The notes beneath the pieces were generated by a model. The model was not told the DNA's origin. It made no database searches and saw only the letters and a program-made list of their open reading frames with translations. This document shows positions 58,021-64,000 of a DNA stretch of 64,000 bases, one piece after another. Numbering within the stretch: the first letter of the stretch is position 1; each line of letters begins with the position of its first letter. Made by a program: the position numbers and the translations under genes. Origin of the DNA: a virus (lineage: Duplodnaviria; Caudoviricetes); IMG/VR virus record IMGVR_UViG_3300031998_000027, positions 32,001-96,000 of that record; one strand, written 5' to 3'.

Positions 58021-58551
58021 TTAAATATCTTCAAGAGAAACTGCTTTCTTCTTTCTAATTGTTGCCTTTTTAGTCTGGCCGACTACATTAACTCTTTGCA
58101 TCATTTGCTCTCGCGCCTGTTGCTCTATTCTTTCAATTATTGTTGAGTCGCGCCTAAAACGTTCTGTCCAATAATTGCAACTATCTTGATAGACTAATGA
58201 AACAATACCAATGCCGCCTTGACTCTTATCCTTATCGCCATGAGTTATATCATAAAAATATCTCATAGCAAAATAAATACCTTTTGCGGTTTTCTTTTGC
58301 TTCAAATAATTAGTCCATTGAGATGTTAGTTTCTTCCAATCAATCGGTGCTTTTACTATGTGATTAAGATAATATTTAAGTGCCTCAAACCATTCTTCAT
58401 CACTTAGCTTTGCTTCCAAATCTCCTTGTTTTCTTGCCCACTGGTCATAACAACCTTTATGATAATAATGATTTACCGATGGCATTATCCACGGCTCTTT
58501 CTCAGTGTCGAAGACTTCGCCACACGCTCTGCACTTAACACGATGTGCCAT
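58021..58551 (-). CDS. Zn-finger protein (possible helicase loader)
   Basis: CRAC...HKGC; upstream of the helicase. Confidence 0.5.
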   Translation of the reverse strand: MAHRVKCRACGEVFDTEKEPWIMPSVNHYYHKGCYDQWARKQGDLEAKLSDEEWFEALKYYLNHIVKAPIDWKKLTSQWTNYLKQKKTAKGIYFAMRYFYDITHGDKDKSQGGIGIVSLVYQDSCNYWTERFRRDSTIIERIEQQAREQMMQRVNVVGQTKKATIRKKKAVSLEDI

Positions 58552-58578
58552 TTAATCACCTCATTTCTTTCTAATTTA

Positions 58579-58607
58579 ATTATACCATAAATTTGAAAAA
58601 AATGCAA
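58579..58607 (-). promoter_or_regulatory. Sigma-A promoter
   Basis: TTGCAT-17-TATAAT with TG, just after hairpin GGAGTAGGT/ACCTACTCC. Confidence 0.65.
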
Positions 58608-58659
58608 ATTTAAAGGAGTAGGTATACACCTACTCCTCTAAACCTTCGGTAATATTGAA

Positions 58660-59619
58660 TTAAAGGGACTTCATTTCCGCGATTGCAAGTTCAAATAAAT
58701 CTTGCTGGTCTTCGGTAATTTCAGAAAGTCTTATAGGATGCCCAAAAATCTCAGTAACATACTTCATAATTTTTTCTGCATTCTTTTCATCTTTCTTTAC
58801 AAGAGTTTCCCAAAGAGCACGACCTTCAGCAACAGTTTCTTCAAAAGGACGCCCTTCTTCTTTCTTAGGAGCTTCTGTCGTAACAGAAGCACCGGCGCTA
58901 ACTTCGGCATCTATCGCGCGAACAATTGCGTCCTCAAGGAACTTATATCCAAATGGAATCCGCGCGTCAAGATGCGCCCAACGAGAGCCAGCTGTTATGG
59001 TAGGGGTGGCTTTTGTGAGAAGCCAACGCTGACTCTGTCCATTTTCATCCCAGGTTTGCTGAATTACACCAATAACATCAACAAGACTATTAACAATCGG
59101 TAAACAACGCTTATCCAGGTCAGGCTTCATGGCAATTATATCAACATCGTCTTTAGTGCCGACAGTTGTTTCTTTGACATGGCAAGTAAGAATAAGACCA
59201 TAGTCTAACATAATAAATGCACGAAGTGTATTAGCGAATTCATCGTCACGGGCTTTATAGCCAGCTCCATAAGGAATTTCGCCAATCTTGCTAACGCCAT
59301 TCTGCGCGCAAATGAACTGTGTGCAGAGGTCCCAAGCGACACTTATTGTATCAAAAGCTACATTATCATACTTTGCCTTAAGTTCCTCTTTCTTTAACTG
59401 TTGGAGATACATCTTAATGTCGCTCCATTTAGTAATAGGAACCTTATAAACACCTGGATGAGCATTGTAACCATTTTCTAGGTCGAAGATGAGGGTACGC
59501 GGACTAGTCGCGCACCACTCACTCTTACCTATTTTCGGCTGGCCGGCAAGAAGAATAGTCTTGCCAGACAGACTTTTATTTATCACGGAAGGTTCAAGGT
59601 CAAGTAAGTTTACTGCCAT
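58660..59619 (-). CDS. Sak4-like (AAA_24) ssDNA-annealing ATPase
   Basis: GQPKIGKS, FDLENG, AFDT, YGAGY, TCH; next to SSB. Confidence 0.75.
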   Translation of the reverse strand: MAVNLLDLEPSVINKSLSGKTILLAGQPKIGKSEWCATSPRTLIFDLENGYNAHPGVYKVPITKWSDIKMYLQQLKKEELKAKYDNVAFDTISVAWDLCTQFICAQNGVSKIGEIPYGAGYKARDDEFANTLRAFIMLDYGLILTCHVKETTVGTKDDVDIIAMKPDLDKRCLPIVNSLVDVIGVIQQTWDENGQSQRWLLTKATPTITAGSRWAHLDARIPFGYKFLEDAIVRAIDAEVSAGASVTTEAPKKEEGRPFEETVAEGRALWETLVKKDEKNAEKIMKYVTEIFGHPIRLSEITEDQQDLFELAIAEMKSL

Positions 59620-59630
59620 TTAAACCCTCC

Positions 59631-60551
59631 TTAGAAGCCCAGGTCTATCCTACCTTTCGAGTCTGCGGCGGGCGCATTTCTCGTCTTGCTAGTAGAATTA
59701 GCGGCATCTTCCTTCATCTTATCCAGACGAGCCTTTCTATCAGCAAGGGCTTCCTTTATATCACTTATATCATAGGCACGCTCACCATCAAGCGGAGTGG
59801 CAGAACCACCCGTAATGACCAGCTCGCTCACGGAGAAGGTACGAACAGTCTCCTGCGGCTCACCAAAGTCAACCTCCTTAACAACAGTCTCGGTGCGAGA
59901 ACTGAAGTTCAGGCGGCCGATGGCGCTAACAGTGTCATTCTCATTCCAATACTGGTCAATTGCCTCAATAACCTTTGGATTGGCAGTGATGAACTCAACG
60001 ACATCAACCTTACCACCAAACTGCGGCAGAACGCCAGTAACCTTATAACGACCAGTCTCAACGCCTTCCTTATTAACCTCGGCGCACTTCTTACCAACAA
60101 CGAAAGTTGCAGTAAAAGTAGCCTCAGGCTTCATGTCGGCCTGACTAATCTTCGTAACAAAAGACGCATTAATGCGAGGATAAGACGAAATCTCACCCAT
60201 GCGGTTCGCGAACTCGTTTACAACAATCTTACCATTCGTAATACGAACAGCATCGGCGCCCTGCACACTGCCGGCGGCCGCAATCGAAGTAAACTCATTC
60301 TTAATCTTCTCAATGCTCTGATAAGCGGGATTCTTGCCACCCTTGTTGGTTATCTCGGATGCAAACATATGAACAGGAACCTCAAGCATAACGGCCTCGC
60401 CATTAATAACCTGATTGACCTGAATCTTAATGGTACCACCGATTGAATTAATCATCTCACCAGTGGACTTCTTCTTAAAAGAACCGTAGTTTAAATCAAC
60501 TTCAGACAGTATACCCTCAATACGAACATTATTTTCAGCTTCTCTAATCAT
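59631..60551 (-). CDS. Single-stranded DNA-binding protein (tandem OB-like)
   Basis: NNVRIEGIL, TVSAIGRLNF, terminal DLGF; strong codon bias. Confidence 0.65.
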   Translation of the reverse strand: MIREAENNVRIEGILSEVDLNYGSFKKKSTGEMINSIGGTIKIQVNQVINGEAVMLEVPVHMFASEITNKGGKNPAYQSIEKIKNEFTSIAAAGSVQGADAVRITNGKIVVNEFANRMGEISSYPRINASFVTKISQADMKPEATFTATFVVGKKCAEVNKEGVETGRYKVTGVLPQFGGKVDVVEFITANPKVIEAIDQYWNENDTVSAIGRLNFSSRTETVVKEVDFGEPQETVRTFSVSELVITGGSATPLDGERAYDISDIKEALADRKARLDKMKEDAANSTSKTRNAPAADSKGRIDLGF

Positions 60552-60627
60552 TATTTTCTCCTTTTTTGTTTCAGTTTAGGTTCTTTTAACTAAGTAAGTA
60601 AAAGGGGTAGTTGCCTACCCCTATATA

Positions 60628-60879
60628 TTACTCAGCGACGAAAGCCTCGCCAGCGGGAGTCAGCTTGACATAGGTCACAGGACCATCATGACCCTCGACC
60701 TCAACCTTCTCACGGATGCAAAGCTCCTTCTTGCAAAGGTCAGTAACGTTAGCATTGATAGAGCGAGCGGTACGACCCGTCGCGTTGACTATCTCATCAA
60801 TAGAAACACGGCCACCATTGCCCTTCACATAGTTAAAAACCGCAGCGCTCTTCTCAGTAATCTTAATTCCTTCAGCCAT
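60628..60879 (-). CDS. Winged helix-turn-helix protein
   Basis: VFNYVK...SIDEIVNATGRTARSINANVTDLCKK...VKLTPAG. Confidence 0.7.
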   Translation of the reverse strand: MAEGIKITEKSAAVFNYVKGNGGRVSIDEIVNATGRTARSINANVTDLCKKELCIREKVEVEGHDGPVTYVKLTPAGEAFVAE

Positions 60880-61003
60880 TTTTTTCAATCTCCTTTTTTA
60901 ATAATTTTTTGCCATTTGATGGCCTTTTTATTTTTTGAAAGCCTCTTTTGACTTTCTAAATATATTATAAACTAAATTTGGTAAAATTTCAAATTTTAAG
61001 TCC

Positions 61004-63349
61004 TTATAAATTTGCTATTTCTTTTATTTTTGAATTTTCAGGAAGTTTAATCGCGCGTGCGCCCTGAGTACCACGAGAAAGCTGTGGTATATCAGCTAGA
61101 CGAATACGAATTTGAGAAGTTTCGGCGGTTACTAATATGTCTCCAGCGCCGGCCACTGGTAGAAAATCACATAGATTATCAGTCTTTTGGATTTTAACAC
61201 CCTTAGTGCCGCGCCCTGTTGTCCGAAATTCAGAAAGCTCAGTTCTCTTTATATATCCATCTTCCGAGATGGAAACAACTTCCTTCGCGTCAGAACCTAT
61301 AGCCCGCGCGCTAACAACGTAATCAAAACTATCTAACTTTATTCCAATAATACCTTTTGCGGTGCGTCCTATTGGTCTAATATCCTTTGTTTCTATTATA
61401 ATAAAGTTACCAGATTTGGTTGCAATTCCAAGTTTCTCTTCATTCATAAAGAGGATTGAAGTAACTTCATCACCCGTATTTAACTCAAGTGCTTTAAGTC
61501 CATTCTTCGCGCGCTTTATATTATATTCTGAAAGAAGACTCTTCTTTAACATTCCATTTTTAGTAATGAAAAGAATGTGGCGCGCTGGATTAGAATTTGA
61601 AAGATTCGTAAGCGCGCAAACTCTTTCATTTTGCGAAATAGAAAAAAGACTTTCAATCACAATCTTTTCTCCTATGGAAAGTGCATTAGCTTCATAAGCA
61701 TAAACATTTCCAGTTTGTGTAAAGAAGAGAAGGTTGTCGGTATTTTGGCAAGTCGTTGAGGCTATTACATACTCACCCTTATCAAGCTTAAATTTTGAGC
61801 CTACACCGCCGCGTCTCTGTGAATAGAGGGAAGAAGTTTCTTCAAGGAAAAGATTATTTTGATTAGTAAGATTTACCATTAAAGATTTAACTTCTATTGT
61901 CTCATCATTATTTTCAGAGAGGTTTAAAATTGTGGTGCGGCGCGTATCTCCAAATTTATTGGCGACCTCGCGCAATCCTTTTTCAATCTCCTTTTTGAGG
62001 AGATCGGGATTATCAAGTATCTGCTGAATTGAGGCCGCGCGCTCTGTAAGCTCATTTTGTTCGCTAACTAACTTAGTTATATCCAGTTTACTCAGTTTAG
62101 AAAGCTTTAAGTCCAAAATTGCTTTTGCCTGAGCCGCATTAATTTCCAAAAGTTTTTGGAGGGCGAGACTCGCCGTTGTTGTGTCGGCCGCCGTCTTAAT
62201 TGTCTGAATAACCTCATCAATCATATCGTAGGCTTTAAGTAATCCTTCAATGATATGAAGTCTATCTTTAATTTTCTTGAGGTCAAACTTAAATCCATTT
62301 GTATAGACAATGGTTTCATGGTCAAGATGCGCCTGAAGCAGTTCTTTCCAAGTGAAGACTTTGGGAAAGCGCCCATTCTCCAACATCGTAAAATTAACAG
62401 AATAGTAAGATTGAAGGGAGGTTTCTTTAAAAAGGGTTCTAAGAACTTTATCTGGGTTAGCATTACGCGTTAAATAAATTTTAATGTTTGGCGCCATACC
62501 AGTAAGGTCATTGAACCGATCAATACCGGGGTTCTTTTCACTATTTATAATCTCTTCAAGTTCTTTACAAATTGTTTCTGTATAAACCATGTAGGGAATT
62601 TCAGTTACAATAAAGCATTTTTCTTTGGGATCATAGTCAACTTTACTGCGTAACTTACAAGCAAAACCATGTCCCTCACGATGGCTTTCTTTGACCTCAT
62701 TTGCGTTGAGGAGAATTGCGCCAGTTGCAAAGTCCGGAACACAGTAAATTTCCTCAAAATCAATCCCTGGATTCCAAAGTAGCTTTATTAAAGCTTCATT
62801 CAACTCTTTTAAGTTATACTGAGGAATACTGGAAGAAGCACCTACCCCTATTCCATATGAACCATTGACGAGATTGAAGAACCCTTTAGAGGGTAAAATC
62901 ATTGGATATTGTTCAGTATTGTCGTAGTTATCACGCCATTCCTCTATTGTGTCTTTCTGAATATCAGCAAAGAGGTACTCAGCAAGAGGGGTAAGGCGCG
63001 AAGCTGTGTAACGAGGCGCGGCCCAACTGCCGGCCGCCAACAGCGTACCATAAGAACCTTCAACCTCAATTAGAGGATAGCGCATAGCAAAAGGCTGCGC
63101 CGCCCTCATTATGACACCTTCGGCGCTGGAATCGCCATGGATATACATACGGAAAACAGAACTGATTGCTTTTAGAGTCTTTTGATAGGGTTTAGAATGG
63201 ATAAATTTATCAGTATAAAGGCAATAGAAGATTTGACGAGCCGAAGGCTTCATACAATCACGGGCATCGGGAAGTGCGCGGCTCTGTAGAACGGCTCCTG
63301 CGAATTGAAGAAAACTATCTTTAATTATTGGTGTTAAGTTTTGTTCCAT
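61004..63349 (-). CDS. gyrA: DNA gyrase/topoisomerase IV subunit A
   Basis: RALPDARD, HGDSS, AAPRYT (catalytic Tyr), PDF, GyrA-box-like QRRGGVG, beta-pinwheel repeats. Confidence 0.9.
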   Translation of the reverse strand: MEQNLTPIIKDSFLQFAGAVLQSRALPDARDCMKPSARQIFYCLYTDKFIHSKPYQKTLKAISSVFRMYIHGDSSAEGVIMRAAQPFAMRYPLIEVEGSYGTLLAAGSWAAPRYTASRLTPLAEYLFADIQKDTIEEWRDNYDNTEQYPMILPSKGFFNLVNGSYGIGVGASSSIPQYNLKELNEALIKLLWNPGIDFEEIYCVPDFATGAILLNANEVKESHREGHGFACKLRSKVDYDPKEKCFIVTEIPYMVYTETICKELEEIINSEKNPGIDRFNDLTGMAPNIKIYLTRNANPDKVLRTLFKETSLQSYYSVNFTMLENGRFPKVFTWKELLQAHLDHETIVYTNGFKFDLKKIKDRLHIIEGLLKAYDMIDEVIQTIKTAADTTTASLALQKLLEINAAQAKAILDLKLSKLSKLDITKLVSEQNELTERAASIQQILDNPDLLKKEIEKGLREVANKFGDTRRTTILNLSENNDETIEVKSLMVNLTNQNNLFLEETSSLYSQRRGGVGSKFKLDKGEYVIASTTCQNTDNLLFFTQTGNVYAYEANALSIGEKIVIESLFSISQNERVCALTNLSNSNPARHILFITKNGMLKKSLLSEYNIKRAKNGLKALELNTGDEVTSILFMNEEKLGIATKSGNFIIIETKDIRPIGRTAKGIIGIKLDSFDYVVSARAIGSDAKEVVSISEDGYIKRTELSEFRTTGRGTKGVKIQKTDNLCDFLPVAGAGDILVTAETSQIRIRLADIPQLSRGTQGARAIKLPENSKIKEIANL

Positions 63350-63352
63350 TCT

Positions 63353-64000
63353 TTACTCCTTAATCTCCGAAAAGTCAATATTTTCCCAAATAAATTCATG
63401 CTTTGACGCGGAGTCTTTTCCCATCAGTTGCTCTAACAGTATAAGACTTTCTCCATCCTCTTCCAATACATCAATTCTTTGAAATTCTTCCGTAAACATA
63501 CTTCTACGTGCTTGTTCTGGGTTGAGGGCGCCAAGTCCTTTATTGCGCTGGACTTCACCTTTAATCTTGCCACGGGCCGCATTGAACTCTTCATCAGTAA
63601 AATAATAATCTTCTTTACCTTTATTCTTTACAATATAGAGCGGTGACCTTACCCAACAAAGTCGTCCTTCCTCAATAAATTTTGGAGCAACTTTATAAAG
63701 CGCGCACATTATCAGAAGTCCAATTGCATAGCCATCAGCATCAGCATCGGTTAGAATTCCAATTCGTCCGTAACGAAGCTTCTTCCCATCATACTTTCCA
63801 GGCACAATATTCATTGCACTTAAAAGTAATTTAACTTCTTCATTCTGATAAAATTTCTCCTCTTCATTTGCAAAAGCATTTATCATTTTACCACGAAGAG
63901 CCAGAATACCATATTTCTTTTCATCGCGCGCCATAGCTATTGAAGAAGCCGCGCTAAGTCCCTCAACAAGAAGTAGGGTTGAATCTTGTCCAAGAAATTC
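63353..64000 (-). CDS. gyrB: DNA gyrase/topoisomerase IV subunit B, C-terminal part (5' end outside the window)
   Basis: Frame open to 64000: LLVEGLSA, LRGK, DADADG, RNKGLG. Confidence 0.9.
   Translation of the reverse strand, partial: EFLGQDSTLLLVEGLSAASSIAMARDEKKYGILALRGKMINAFANEEEKFYQNEEVKLLLSAMNIVPGKYDGKKLRYGRIGILTDADADGYAIGLLIMCALYKVAPKFIEEGRLCWVRSPLYIVKNKGKEDYYFTDEEFNAARGKIKGEVQRNKGLGALNPEQARRSMFTEEFQRIDVLEEDGESLILLEQLMGKDSASKHEFIWENIDFSEIKE

Overview
This window is part of a large, AT-rich tailed phage genome (siphovirus-like, long tape measure). The host is probably an anaerobic Firmicute, judging from sigma-A consensus promoters with a TG motif, AAAGGAG ribosome-binding sites and a class III RNR. 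There are three blocks. (1) 1-11.5 kb, minus strand: about 25 mostly small, unknown genes plus a MoxR-AAA/VWA pair. They form about 21 self-contained cassettes, each headed by the same 23-bp palindrome AATTAGATGT-N3-ACATCTAATT placed almost always 7 bp upstream of a strong -35/-10 promoter. Some cassettes carry structured non-coding sequence instead of an ORF, and the array is headed by a PD-(D/E)XK nuclease-fold gene whose own promoter contains a half-site. (2) 11.9-39.6 kb, plus strand: virion module (terminase, portal, protease/scaffold, capsid, neck, two paralogous tail-tube genes, 2646-aa tape measure, Dit, Tal), preceded by a phased T-tract (bent DNA) region. (3) 39.7-64 kb, minus strand: replication and nucleotide metabolism (RuvC-like resolvase, dUTPase, ThyA, NrdD split by a group I intron with a NUMOD3/TnsA-like endonuclease, NrdG, NrdH, DnaE, C5-MTase-like, RecJ, primase, helicase, Sak4-like, SSB, GyrA/GyrB). 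I saw no integrase, lysis genes, tRNAs or CRISPR array. All calls come from motif recognition by eye; no searches were run.
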